Positions 9,689 to 20,083 of a stretch of 64,000 nucleotides of DNA are shown here, in pieces (position 1 is the first letter of the stretch; each line of letters begins with the position of its first letter). A model generated the notes under the pieces. It made no database searches. It was not told the origin of the DNA and saw only the letters and a list, made by a program, of their open reading frames with translations. The stretch is from Bacteroidales bacterium (GTDB taxonomy: Bacteria > Bacteroidota > Bacteroidia > Bacteroidales > UBA1556): contig JAOZPM010000001.1 in NCBI GenBank assembly GCA_029932765.1, positions 34,089-98,088 of the forward strand. The letters run 5' to 3'. The position numbers and the translations under genes are program-made.

Positions 9689-11467
9689 TTAAAGAGTATA
9701 TTTATTCTCTTCAATTAAAGCATCTGCAATATTTCTTCTTGCTTTTACAACATTCACTGATTTAATTTTAGTGAAGCGTTTCATTCCCATCAACATAGCT
9801 TTTTGCTCATCTCCTTCAGCAAAAGAATTCACACCGTCAATACCAAGCTTATTAATTAGATGTGCATAATCATACATTACAACATCAAGGATATCCTTAT
9901 AGATTCCCATTTTATCTTCATCAAGCATGGAGTTTAATTTTTCAACACGCAATAATGTAGATTCTGCAGCATAAGTATACATAAGCATATCAGCAGCATT
10001 CATAAGTAGCTCTTGCTCATTATTAATATCTTGCATATATTTTTGTAGAGCTGCTCCAGAAACCATTAGAATACTTTTCTTGAATTTCTTTATAGCTACA
10101 TGATACTCTTCAAAATAATCTAGGCTAACGCTTCCAAAATCAGGAATTCCCATTAATTCTTCAGCAACAGCCATTGCAGGCCCCATCATATCTATTTCAC
10201 CTTTCATGGCACGTTTAATAAGCTCCCCAACAGTAACCATACGGTTAATTTCGTTGGTTCCCTCAAATATTCTATTAATACGGCTATCGCGGTAAGCACG
10301 CTCTACAGCACTTTCTGCTGAATAACCCATTCCTCCATGAATTTGTACAGCTTCGTCCACAACATAATCCAATGCCTCAGAGCCAAACACCTTTGCTATT
10401 GAAGCTTCAATGCCATATTGGCGAAGACTTTCAACGCTAGCTTTTCCTTTCTCTATACCATCAGCAACAGCTTCATTAATAGCATCATCAATATTTTGTG
10501 ATATTCTATATGTTAATGATTCGCTAACAAAAGTACGAATCGACATTTCTGCAATTTTATATTTAATTGCTCCAAAATGTGCTATAGGAGTTTTAAATTG
10601 TTTACGCTCATTAGCATATTTTACACTTACGTCAATAGTAGCTTTAGATGCTCCAATAGTTGCTCCAGAAAGCTTAATACGTCCCAAATTAAGAATATAA
10701 AGTGCAATCTTAAAACCACCATTTTGTTTTCCCAATAGGTTCTCTGCAGGAACTTTTACATCCTCAAAGAAAATTTGAACAGTAGAAGAACCTCTAATAC
10801 CAAGTTTTTCTTCATCCACACCAATTGTAATTCCTTCACTTTTAGCATCTATAATAAATGCACTTAGATTTTTATCATCACCTATTTTAGCAAAAACAAT
10901 TAGTAAATCTGCAATACCACCATTGGTAATCCACATCTTTACTCCATTAAGATTATATGTTTTACCATCTTCGCTAAGTATAGCTCGAGATTTGCCACTA
11001 TTAGCATCCGAACCTGCATCAGGCTCAGTTAAACAATAAGCTCCTACAGTTTCTCCTGTAGCCAAACCTGGTAGATATTTTGCTTTCTGCTCCTCAGTAC
11101 CAAAATATAAGATAGGAAGCGTTCCAATACCAGTATGTGCTGAATAAGCAACTGCAAACCCATATCCCTTACCCATTTCTTCAAGTGCAAGCATTGATGT
11201 AACAAAATCTTGCTCAAAACCCATATGCTCTTCAGGAACTGATATTCCTAATAAACCAAGTTCACCAGCTTCTTTCATCAACTGAGCTAATAACACACGA
11301 TCGTGTGTGTCTAATTGGTCTATATTTGGTAAAACTCTAGTATCAGTAAAATCCTTACAAGTTTTAGCAATCATACGCTGCTCCTCGTTAAACTCTTCAG
11401 GAATAAATACATCTTCAAAATTTGTTTCCTTTATTAGAAACTCTCCACCTTTTAATATTTTTGTCAT
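9689..11467 (-). CDS. Acyl-CoA dehydrogenase (long form)
   Basis: 592 aa. Has the ACAD motifs GAYCLTEPDAGSDA and IHGGMGY...RDSRINRIFEGTNEI, plus a C-terminal extension. Confidence 0.85.
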   Translation of the reverse strand: MTKILKGGEFLIKETNFEDVFIPEEFNEEQRMIAKTCKDFTDTRVLPNIDQLDTHDRVLLAQLMKEAGELGLLGISVPEEHMGFEQDFVTSMLALEEMGKGYGFAVAYSAHTGIGTLPILYFGTEEQKAKYLPGLATGETVGAYCLTEPDAGSDANSGKSRAILSEDGKTYNLNGVKMWITNGGIADLLIVFAKIGDDKNLSAFIIDAKSEGITIGVDEEKLGIRGSSTVQIFFEDVKVPAENLLGKQNGGFKIALYILNLGRIKLSGATIGASKATIDVSVKYANERKQFKTPIAHFGAIKYKIAEMSIRTFVSESLTYRISQNIDDAINEAVADGIEKGKASVESLRQYGIEASIAKVFGSEALDYVVDEAVQIHGGMGYSAESAVERAYRDSRINRIFEGTNEINRMVTVGELIKRAMKGEIDMMGPAMAVAEELMGIPDFGSVSLDYFEEYHVAIKKFKKSILMVSGAALQKYMQDINNEQELLMNAADMLMYTYAAESTLLRVEKLNSMLDEDKMGIYKDILDVVMYDYAHLINKLGIDGVNSFAEGDEQKAMLMGMKRFTKIKSVNVVKARRNIADALIEENKYTL

Positions 11468-11555
11468 TTTGTTTCGTTTTTTAATGTTTATTGTTTGTCG
11501 TTCGTTGTTTGTTGTTCAAAACTAATCTACAAACAACAAACTATAAATATTTCTT

Positions 11556-12728
11556 TTATAATAGTTCGTATATACCTGCTGCTCCCTGTCCTGAGCCAAT
11601 ACACATAGTTACCATACCATATTTCTTATCTTGGCGTTTAAGCTCATTCAATAACTGAACAGTAAGTTTACCACCAGTAGCTCCTAGAGGGTGACCAAGA
11701 GCTATAGCACCACCGTTTACATTTACGATATCAGGATTTATTCCCAAATCGTTGATTACGGCAATACTCTGAGTTGCAAAAGCTTCATTCAATTCAATAA
11801 GATCCATATCCCCAAGCTTCATTCCTGCATGCTTCAACACTTTAGGAATTGCTGCAATTGGGCCTACTCCCATTTTATATGGCTCAACTCCCGCAACTTG
11901 ATAATCTACAAGTCGTGCAATTGGTGTTAGATTATAATCTTTAAGAGCCTGCTCCGATACCACTAAAACAAAAGCAGCACCATCGCTCATTTGAGATGAA
12001 TTACCCGCAGTAGAAATGCCATCTGTAGCAAAAGCAGGTCTTAACTTACCTAAACCTTCAGCAGTAGTTCCTCGTCGAGGACCTTCATCCACATCAAATA
12101 CCTTATTACGAGTTTTCATCTTGCCATCAGCATAGTAATTCTCTTTTATGTTTATAGGAACTATCTGATCCTTAAAATATCCTTTATCAATAGCATTTAT
12201 TGCTTTTGATACCGATTTTGCAGCAAAAACATCTAACTCTTCTCTATTCTGTTTATACTCACGAGCAACCATCTCCGATGTTAAACCCATTGACAGATAC
12301 CATTTTGGATTATTTTTGGCGATATCAGGATTAGGAACCTGTCTCCAGCCTCCCATTGATATCATAGACATAGACTCAGCACCTCCAGCAATAATAACAT
12401 CAGCCATTCCAGCCTTTATTTTTGCTGTAGCAATTGCTATTGATTCTATTCCACTGGCACAATATCTATTAATTGTAGAACCAGGTACTTCTACAGTATC
12501 CATAGACATTAGCGACAACATACGACCCATATTAAAGCCACTTTCTGCTTCAGGAAATGCATTTCCTACAACAATGTCATCAATTTTTTCTTTTTCTATC
12601 TGTGGAAAATCCTTCATCAAATGACGTATCACTTGAGCTGCTATATCATCAGGACGAGTAAATTTTAGAACTCCTCTTGGTGCTTTTCCTATTGCTGAGC
12701 GGTAACCCGCTACTATATATGCATTCAT
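11556..12728 (-). CDS. Acetyl-CoA C-acyltransferase (thiolase)
   Basis: 390 aa. Has the active-site regions [16 protein letters not shown] and [14 protein letters not shown]...CIGSGQG. Confidence 0.9.
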   Translation of the reverse strand: MNAYIVAGYRSAIGKAPRGVLKFTRPDDIAAQVIRHLMKDFPQIEKEKIDDIVVGNAFPEAESGFNMGRMLSLMSMDTVEVPGSTINRYCASGIESIAIATAKIKAGMADVIIAGGAESMSMISMGGWRQVPNPDIAKNNPKWYLSMGLTSEMVAREYKQNREELDVFAAKSVSKAINAIDKGYFKDQIVPINIKENYYADGKMKTRNKVFDVDEGPRRGTTAEGLGKLRPAFATDGISTAGNSSQMSDGAAFVLVVSEQALKDYNLTPIARLVDYQVAGVEPYKMGVGPIAAIPKVLKHAGMKLGDMDLIELNEAFATQSIAVINDLGINPDIVNVNGGAIALGHPLGATGGKLTVQLLNELKRQDKKYGMVTMCIGSGQGAAGIYELL

Positions 12729-12755
12729 AATATTTTGTTTTCTTCAGTTAATAAA

Positions 12756-15158
12756 TTAGTTACGCAAAATTTTACCTTTAGTAATAATACTTTGAACTCT
12801 CTCCAAAGTTTTACGTTTAGTACATAATTCAAGGAAAGCTTTGCGCTCAAGATCCAATAAGTATTGTTCCGAAACCTTAGTTAATGGAATAGATATTTCT
12901 CCTCCAGCCATTACCCAACCAAGCTTTTCAGCAATAAGCTTATCATGCTCACTCATATAATGCCCTTCGGTAAAACCATCAGCACCAACATAAACTAAGC
13001 CCATAGCTTCATTACCAAGTATCTTAATATCATTGCGTGGAGCAGGTTGTGTATAACCTTTATCAGCCATTTGCAATGCTGTTAGTTTAGCATATGCCAA
13101 CTGATGCGCTCTGCTTATAATAACTTCGTCAACACCTTCGCGCATATAACCTAAGTCAAATGCTTCGTATGCAGAAGTACTAACTTTAGCTTGACCTATA
13201 CTTAAATATCTATTTAGAAAAGCATTTGTTCTCATATCACCAGTATTAAGCTCATCACTCAATCGTAGGGCAAACTCTTTAGTGCCACCACCACCAGGGA
13301 TAAGACCAACACCAAATTCTACAAGGCCCATATAAGTTTCGGCATGAGCAATTACTTTATCGCTATGCATACAGAGCTCACATCCGCCACCAAGAGCCAT
13401 TCCGTGAGGAGCAGCAACTACAGGAATAGATGAATAACGCATTCTCATGGTAGTTTTTTGAAACCACTGAATAGCCATATCTAAGTCTTCCCACTCTTGC
13501 TCAATTGCAAGCATATATATCATTCCTACATTTGCTCCAGCAGAAAAATGATCGCCTTCATTTGATATAACTAAAGCCTTATAATCAGCTTCAGCCAAAT
13601 CTACAGCTTTGTTCAATCCTACCAAAACACCTTCGCCAATAGTATTCATTTTAGTGTGAATTTCAGCATTTAACACCCCATCACCTAAATCTATTATTGA
13701 AAGATCATTGTTCTCCCATATGGTATTTGTTTCTTTAAGATTTGCCAATGATAAAAGTGCTTCTTGTCCTGGAATAACCTTATAAGCTTTTGTTGTAATG
13801 TCATAGAAGTATTTACGACCCGAGTCTATTTTATAGAAACTTTTAACTCCTGAATCAAGCATATCGTAAATCCATTGAGCAGGCTTTTTATCAATCTCTT
13901 CCATAGCTTTTACACTAGCCTCTACTCCTACAGCATCCCACGTTTGAAATGGACCTAGTTTCCATCCAAAACCAGCATTCAATGCATCATCTACTTTATA
14001 TATATCTTCGGTAATCTCTGGAATACGATTTGATACAAATTGGAAAAGACCATAGAATGATTTTCTGTAAAAATCACCAACCTTGGTATCATCAGCCATA
14101 AATATAGCTACTCGTTTTCCAATATCATCAATACCTTTAGTTTTTTCAAAAACCTTAAATTTTGGTTTTTTATCTTCTGTATATTCTAATGATTCAAAAT
14201 CAAGAGTATAGAATTTCTTTTTACCATTAACTACAGTCTTCTTAAAGAATCCTTGCTTAGTTTTTGAGCCTAACCAATTATTTTTCAACATTGTAGTTAA
14301 ATAATCCGGAATAGAGAACGCATCATTAGCTTCGTCATTGGTAGTTTCCTTAATATTATTTGCAACATGTACAAGAGTATCAAGTCCCACAAGGTCAGCT
14401 GTTCTGAAAGTAGCAGACTTTGCTCTTCCAATTAGCGGCCCAGTAAGTTTATCAATTTCAGTAATTGTAAGACCATAATCTTTTACATTATTAAACAAAT
14501 CCATTATAGAATAAGTACCTATTCTATTGGCGATAAAAGCCGGAGTGTCTTTTGCTAATACAGCAGTTTTTCCTAAAAACCTACCAGCATAGTCGGTTAA
14601 AAACTCAAGTACTTCGGGATTAGTCTTTGTAGAAGGAATAATTTCAAATAACTGTAAATAACGTGGAGGGTTAAAGAAATGCGTTCCACAGAAATTAGCC
14701 TGAAAATCATCACTCCTACCTTCTAGCATTGCCTCTATTGAGATACCTGAAGTATTTGTAGTAATTAAACTACCTTTTTTACGATATTTTTCCACATTCT
14801 CAAAAACTGATTTTTTAATATCAAGTCTTTCAATTACAACCTCAATAACCCAGTCGCAATCTTTTATATACTTTAGATCATCATCAAAATTACCCGTAGT
14901 AATTCTATCAGCAAATGATTTTTTGTAAATTGGGCTTGGTTTTGATTTTAATGCTGCAGCTAATGCTCCATTAACAATACGATTCCTAAAAACCTTATCA
15001 GTAGTTTTAATACCCTGTTTTTGTTCTTTTTTGTTGAGTTCATTTGGCACAATATCCAAAAGCAACACTTCTGCTCCTATATTGGCAAAATGACATGCAA
15101 TACCTGATCCCATTACTCCTGAACCTAATACTGCAATTTTTTTTATTTTGCGATTCAT
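12756..15158 (-). CDS. Bifunctional 3-hydroxyacyl-CoA dehydrogenase / enoyl-CoA hydratase (FadN-type domain order)
   Basis: 800 aa. N-terminal Rossmann motif KIAVLGSGVMGSGIA (HAD) and a C-terminal crotonase segment GDHFSAGANVGMI...GGGCEL. Confidence 0.85.
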   Translation of the reverse strand: MNRKIKKIAVLGSGVMGSGIACHFANIGAEVLLLDIVPNELNKKEQKQGIKTTDKVFRNRIVNGALAAALKSKPSPIYKKSFADRITTGNFDDDLKYIKDCDWVIEVVIERLDIKKSVFENVEKYRKKGSLITTNTSGISIEAMLEGRSDDFQANFCGTHFFNPPRYLQLFEIIPSTKTNPEVLEFLTDYAGRFLGKTAVLAKDTPAFIANRIGTYSIMDLFNNVKDYGLTITEIDKLTGPLIGRAKSATFRTADLVGLDTLVHVANNIKETTNDEANDAFSIPDYLTTMLKNNWLGSKTKQGFFKKTVVNGKKKFYTLDFESLEYTEDKKPKFKVFEKTKGIDDIGKRVAIFMADDTKVGDFYRKSFYGLFQFVSNRIPEITEDIYKVDDALNAGFGWKLGPFQTWDAVGVEASVKAMEEIDKKPAQWIYDMLDSGVKSFYKIDSGRKYFYDITTKAYKVIPGQEALLSLANLKETNTIWENNDLSIIDLGDGVLNAEIHTKMNTIGEGVLVGLNKAVDLAEADYKALVISNEGDHFSAGANVGMIYMLAIEQEWEDLDMAIQWFQKTTMRMRYSSIPVVAAPHGMALGGGCELCMHSDKVIAHAETYMGLVEFGVGLIPGGGGTKEFALRLSDELNTGDMRTNAFLNRYLSIGQAKVSTSAYEAFDLGYMREGVDEVIISRAHQLAYAKLTALQMADKGYTQPAPRNDIKILGNEAMGLVYVGADGFTEGHYMSEHDKLIAEKLGWVMAGGEISIPLTKVSEQYLLDLERKAFLELCTKRKTLERVQSIITKGKILRN

Positions 15159-15187
15159 AAATACTTGTTTTATGTGGTTATTTTGTA

Positions 15188-15622
15188 TTATTTCTTTTCT
15201 ATTATACTATCAACTTCACTAGTAATTATCTTAGATACTTTTATAAACGCATCTAGTTCAGTATCACTAACTGAAGTCATAATACGCTCATTAAAGCCTA
15301 GAACGGCTACTTTTGCAATACGACGGCGTTCTAAACCTTTTTCTGTTAAGAATAATTTTGTAATTCTTTTATCGTCAGAGTCATTCTTTTTATAAATGCA
15401 TCCTTCTTCTTCCATTTTGTTTAGTAAGCGTGTTAAACTAGATTTCTTCATCTCTAGTTTTTCTGATAGTTTTCCTGGCGAAATACCTTCTTTTGCTATA
15501 TATACTAATACAAAACCTATTGTTTGCGTGATTCCATAATCTGAACCTACGTAATTATACATTCTTTTCAAAGCCATCGATGAGGCTTTTGTGTAAAATT
15601 CTATTGTTTCGTTTAATTGCAT
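15188..15622 (-). CDS. MarR family transcriptional regulator
   Basis: 144 aa. Winged-HTH pattern ISPGKLSEKLEMKKSSLTRLLNKMEEEGCIYKKNDSDDKRITKLFLTEKG. First gene of the beta-oxidation operon. Confidence 0.8.
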   Translation of the reverse strand: MQLNETIEFYTKASSMALKRMYNYVGSDYGITQTIGFVLVYIAKEGISPGKLSEKLEMKKSSLTRLLNKMEEEGCIYKKNDSDDKRITKLFLTEKGLERRRIAKVAVLGFNERIMTSVSDTELDAFIKVSKIITSEVDSIIEKK

Positions 15623-15714
15623 ATTTTAATAAATTATGAACTTGGATATTACTACCCATTTTTAGTGTTTTTAGCATTTTGTAATTAGCAATATTTGGAA
15701 ACTAACCACATTTA

Positions 15715-15759
15715 GTATGCATGCGTACAAAATTAGGAAAAAATAGTACGCATGCGAAC
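15715..15759. promoter_or_regulatory. Two imperfect 14-bp palindromes (GTATGCATGCGTAC, GTACGCATGCGAAC) flanking a -7 box; candidate MarR operator
   Basis: Palindromes at 15715-15728 and 15746-15759, centres 31 bp apart. The minus-strand -7 box CAAAATTA (rc TAATTTTG) at 15728-15735 lies between and overlaps them. Confidence 0.45.
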
Positions 15760-15891
15760 TATTTTAATAAAATAATCAATAAAATCTTAGCACTACAGTT
15801 TATAGTACTGTATGTCAGTATAATAAGATACTAATTAATTTGGTAAGAAATATGGAATTATGTGATTTTTATAATAAAAAGAAAAAAATAC

Positions 15892-16869
15892 TTATAAATA
15901 TGGGCCTATTTTTCCCAGATATTTGATATTTATTTTCTTACCAAGCTTAATACTCCACAATGTGTACACAGTTCCTAAATATGAATTATTATATTTTGCT
16001 CTATTGCTTTCCATGGATAGAATAAGAGATACAAAGTAGCTTTTTGTACTATAACCAATTGTAGAATTCCACTCAAATACTGGCATTACTCCATATAAAT
16101 ATTTATTTTGATCGTTGTATTTAATCGTATTTTTATTAAGTCCTATTCCCAATCCAAGCATATTTGCAAAGTAGAATCCACGATAAACCACCGTTGCTGC
16201 AAAACTTGGTATTATATGTAAAGACAGACTTCCTATCTCAGTCATTATTGTTTGATTAATCTGAGAAGAAGAATCACTTAAAAGAAAATCTCCATTGATA
16301 CTATAATTACCAATACCAACATTAATAAAAGGACTTATTGCACTCTTTTTCTGTAGATTATAGTTCTTATAATTAGCATCAAAATTAAACTTTTTGCAAA
16401 GAAAAAAATACATATTACCTCCATACTCAGTAATTGTTATATCCTTTCTAATATTAACTACAGCTCCATTGTTTCCAGGGTATTCAATAGTTTCTTCCAC
16501 TCCAGAATATTTCTTTATTCGAAGCTCTGCAAAAAATCTACGATAAGAGTATCCTCCCTTAAAATTAAATGCATTATGTTCTTTTAGCTCTGGAATATTT
16601 GTATATGGTAATTCAAAAGTTAAACTAAAACCAAATCTATAGAAACTAGCGCCAATACCTATACTATTATATTGTCGTGTATGATACTCTATACTAGTAA
16701 CATTATTGTTTGCATCATAATAATCATAAAAAAAAGTTGAAACGGCAGACTCTGCCAACGGATAAAGAGAGAATTTATCTTTTGTGAGGTACACATAGTT
16801 AGTATCAAACTGAGCCATTGCTCCTACTCCAATAAACAATAAGACGAATAAACCAACCACTTTCAACAT
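15892..16869 (-). CDS. Hypothetical secreted protein, probable outer-membrane beta-barrel (DUF4421-like?)
   Basis: 325 aa with a signal peptide (MLKVVGLFVLLFIGVGAMAQ) and Y/F/G/N-rich alternating segments suggestive of beta strands. It lies 4 nt downstream of the preceding ORF. The family assignment is tentative. Confidence 0.4.
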   Translation of the reverse strand: MLKVVGLFVLLFIGVGAMAQFDTNYVYLTKDKFSLYPLAESAVSTFFYDYYDANNNVTSIEYHTRQYNSIGIGASFYRFGFSLTFELPYTNIPELKEHNAFNFKGGYSYRRFFAELRIKKYSGVEETIEYPGNNGAVVNIRKDITITEYGGNMYFFLCKKFNFDANYKNYNLQKKSAISPFINVGIGNYSINGDFLLSDSSSQINQTIMTEIGSLSLHIIPSFAATVVYRGFYFANMLGLGIGLNKNTIKYNDQNKYLYGVMPVFEWNSTIGYSTKSYFVSLILSMESNRAKYNNSYLGTVYTLWSIKLGKKINIKYLGKIGPYL

Positions 16870-16873
16870 AGCA

Positions 16874-18223
16874 TTAATTGATTTTTTTTAGTTTTGTTAA
16901 AATGCGTCTCCTTGCATTACGGATCTCAATTTTACTAATTTTAGAGTCCGACATTATACTTTCCACCTCATCAAGTATTTTATAAGGTATATTTGACAAA
17001 ACACGATCCTTAAGCTCAGCACTCTGATTCTCTATTGAATAGAGTATTGTTTGAGCATCAAAACCTGAAAATAGCTTCTTTACCTTTAATTTAGGCATAT
17101 TTTCTATATCAGCAAATCTAGTTTTGTATGAATCATTACCCTCATTACATATATCCAATGAAGATACTAGGCGATTATAATCACTTAAAACATAATCAAT
17201 AATAATTGCTGGGCTCTCCAATTCTTTGATCTCCTGATTTGCGTAAATATCTGTTTCAAAGTTGCGATAAATATTAATAGAACTTATCTGACGCCATAAA
17301 TAAGATTTCTCAATAGTCCTACATCTATACACTTCATTAGCTACATTCTCACATTCAATAATAAGCTGTTTTGAGTATTCATTTTCATAATTAATACTTA
17401 ATATATTGTCCGCAATAGAATCAATGCTCGCTGCAATATATTTGGCCTCTGAATAATTAAAAGCATCTTCTAACGAAATAAATGCATAATTACTCTCACT
17501 CATAAGCTTTTCAGGGAATTCCTTCAATTTACTTAAAAGAACCTCATTATCAATAAAATCAGAATAATTTATATTAATATTTACAATTTCAGTATCATCA
17601 GGCTTATTATTCAATATATTAATAATAGAGTCCAAATCATTATTACTATCTATAAAAGATGTTAGAAAGCCTGAATCATTCTGCAATAGTTTTATATTAT
17701 GAATTTCATCAGAAAGTAGTACCTTATTATTATTATTATCAAAGCTTTTATTTACCAGTATTGCTGAAATATCACTTTTGTTTATACTATTCAGTAATTC
17801 CTTATTCAATAAACCCGAGTCATAAAGTATATTTGTACACTCTTTATTGAGCAGTGATCTAATATAAATCTGGTAATCAGTTATTTCATTCGTCAGCTTA
17901 TTAGAATTTGTAATTGCTGATAATGATGATAAAGTATGGAGATAGCTAACCGATAGTTTATTAAGCTGCTTTAAACTATCGATAAAACTTGGATTATATG
18001 TATTATAAAAACCAAGGCTATCTTTAGAAATACTTATACTATACTTAAAAAGACTACCAAACTCACTGCTTATTTTTATTAATATATCATTTATCTTAGA
18101 GTAATACTTTTTAATTATTTCTCTATTAATATCCTCATTAAAGAGTCTTTTTTCATTATCAGACAACTCAGAATTATTACACTGAATATGGTTAATTTCA
18201 AAATTTAAACAAATGGAACGCAT
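16874..18223 (-). CDS. Hypothetical protein; N-terminus resembles a degenerate GH57 fold, C-terminus resembles a FliG_C/MgtE_N-type helical domain
   Basis: 449 aa. MRSICLNFEINHIQ... compares with GH57 M.SICLYFQVHQP.R, but the HQP motif is lost. The C-terminal ELKDRVLSNIPYKILDEVESIM...IEIRNARRRILTKLKKI resembles FliG C-terminal repeats. Both similarities are by eye only. Confidence 0.3.
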   Translation of the reverse strand: MRSICLNFEINHIQCNNSELSDNEKRLFNEDINREIIKKYYSKINDILIKISSEFGSLFKYSISISKDSLGFYNTYNPSFIDSLKQLNKLSVSYLHTLSSLSAITNSNKLTNEITDYQIYIRSLLNKECTNILYDSGLLNKELLNSINKSDISAILVNKSFDNNNNKVLLSDEIHNIKLLQNDSGFLTSFIDSNNDLDSIINILNNKPDDTEIVNININYSDFIDNEVLLSKLKEFPEKLMSESNYAFISLEDAFNYSEAKYIAASIDSIADNILSINYENEYSKQLIIECENVANEVYRCRTIEKSYLWRQISSINIYRNFETDIYANQEIKELESPAIIIDYVLSDYNRLVSSLDICNEGNDSYKTRFADIENMPKLKVKKLFSGFDAQTILYSIENQSAELKDRVLSNIPYKILDEVESIMSDSKISKIEIRNARRRILTKLKKIN

Positions 18224-18276
18224 ATTAATAGGGTTATAACAATGATTATAATTAGGTATTTTGCTTATCTGCCATG

Positions 18277-18284
18277 CAAAAATA
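18277..18284 (-). promoter_or_regulatory. Minus-strand -7 box (CAAAAATA = rc TATTTTTG) for the 16874-18223 operon
   Basis: Exact TAnnTTTG on the minus strand, 54 nt upstream of the start at 18223. It is flanked by 13-bp direct repeats at 18239-18251 and 18304-18316. Confidence 0.35.
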
Positions 18285-18443
18285 CTATTAATATCGCTAA
18301 ACTACAATGATTATAAGATAAATGTATATAATAAATAATTTATGATTTTCAACAAAACAAAGATGATAACTAAATTGATTATACAAAAATAAGCTAGAAA
18401 TTGTAATTATTTTTATGCTTTAATACTGAAATAATTTTTACTT

Positions 18444-19811
18444 ATGAGCAAAATACATTTTATAGCAATTGGCGGTAGCGCAATGCATAATCTGGCAATA
18501 GCATTGCATTTAAAGGGTTATGAGGTTAGTGGATCTGACGACGAAATATTTGAACCATCAAAATCTAGACTTAAAAAATACAATATACTTCCAAGCACTA
18601 ATGGATGGAATATTGATAAAATCACCCCAGAATTAGATGCTATAATTGTTGGAATGCATGCACGTATCGACAACCCAGAGCTCCTTAAGGCACAAAAACT
18701 AGGCCTTAAAATCTTCTCATACCCTGAGTTTCTTTATGAACAATCAAAGGACAAAACAAGAATAGTAATTGGAGGAAGTCATGGTAAAACTACCATAACA
18801 TCAATGATATTGCATGTAATGCAGGATCTAAATATTGAAACAGATTATATGGTAGGTGCTAAACTTGAAGGTTTTGAGGTAATGGTAAAACTTACCGATA
18901 GTGCAAAATACATGGTAATTGAAGGCGATGAATATCTTACTTCCCCCATCGATCGTAGACCTAAATTTCACCTCTATATGCCTCATATTGCATTGCTTAG
19001 TGGTATAGCCTGGGACCACATCAACGTATTCCCTACTTTTGATAATTATGTAAGTCAGTTTAGTACTTTTATTAATTTGATTGATAAAAATGGGGCTTTA
19101 ATCTATTGTAAAGAGGATGATGAATTAAATAAAATTGCCAAAGAAGCAGAACCTAAACTATTAAAGTATCCTTATGGAATACCTGAACATAGAATTGACG
19201 ACAATGGTATTACGCATATAAAAATTGACAATATTGAATATGCGCTAAAGGTATTTGGTGATCATAACCTTATGAATCTTAATGGAGCGCAGTTGGTCTG
19301 CCAACAAATTGGAATTAATAAGCATGATTTTTATAAGTCGATAAGTAGTTTCAAAGGAGCATCAAACAGATTAGAACTTATTGGCGAAAATGCAAATACG
19401 AAGGTATTTAAAGACTTTGCTCATAGCCCATCAAAGCTTATGGCTACTACTTCTGCAATGAAGCATCAGTTTAAAAAGCGTAAATTAGTAGCATGTATGG
19501 AGCTTCATACTTTCAGCTCGTTAAGTGCAGACTTCCTTTCTCATTATAAAGGTGCAATGGACGATGCCGATATTGCAATTGTTTATTTCAATCCTCATAC
19601 AATTGCCCACAAAAAACTACCTGAAATTAGTGTAGAACAAGTTAAAGATGGATTTGATAATAAAAAATTACTAATTTTTACAGAATCAAATAAATTGCAG
19701 AATTACCTTAAAGAGATTGACTATAGTGATAAAAATTTATTAATAATGACCTCTGGTAATCTAGATGGTGTTAATTTAGGAGAATTTGCAAAAGAAATTA
19801 TTGATAAATAG
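18444..19811 (+). CDS. mpl: UDP-N-acetylmuramate:L-alanyl-gamma-D-glutamyl-meso-diaminopimelate ligase (Mur ligase family, Mpl-like)
   Basis: 455 aa. N-terminus IHFIAIGGSAMHNLAIALHLKGYEVSGSD, P-loop GGSHGKTTITSM and EGDEY motifs of Mur ligases. Confidence 0.75.
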   Translation: MSKIHFIAIGGSAMHNLAIALHLKGYEVSGSDDEIFEPSKSRLKKYNILPSTNGWNIDKITPELDAIIVGMHARIDNPELLKAQKLGLKIFSYPEFLYEQSKDKTRIVIGGSHGKTTITSMILHVMQDLNIETDYMVGAKLEGFEVMVKLTDSAKYMVIEGDEYLTSPIDRRPKFHLYMPHIALLSGIAWDHINVFPTFDNYVSQFSTFINLIDKNGALIYCKEDDELNKIAKEAEPKLLKYPYGIPEHRIDDNGITHIKIDNIEYALKVFGDHNLMNLNGAQLVCQQIGINKHDFYKSISSFKGASNRLELIGENANTKVFKDFAHSPSKLMATTSAMKHQFKKRKLVACMELHTFSSLSADFLSHYKGAMDDADIAIVYFNPHTIAHKKLPEISVEQVKDGFDNKKLLIFTESNKLQNYLKEIDYSDKNLLIMTSGNLDGVNLGEFAKEIIDK

Positions 19812-20083
19812 ATCAATTATGCTTTGGAAAATATTATTTATTTAATCCTAGTACATAATTTTTACCTATTTATTTATAATTAATGTAATACTATTAACAT
19901 TTTTTAATATTTTTGAGAACTTATCAAATTTTTTGCTTAAATAATAACAAATACAGACAATAGATAAGCGATTATTAACAATAATTTTAATTTTATAGAT
20001 AAATGTGAAATATTAAGCTTACTTAATTTATATATTACCAAAGAAAAACTATTTCACACTCGTCTTAAATATAGTTACACTCA

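Noticed and set aside
20045-20064. AAAACT ... CGTC as an autoregulated ECF promoter (-35 AAC / -10 CGTC) upstream of the sigma gene
   Set aside because: The spacing between the AAC and CGTC elements is only about 11 nt, much shorter than in typical ECF promoters.
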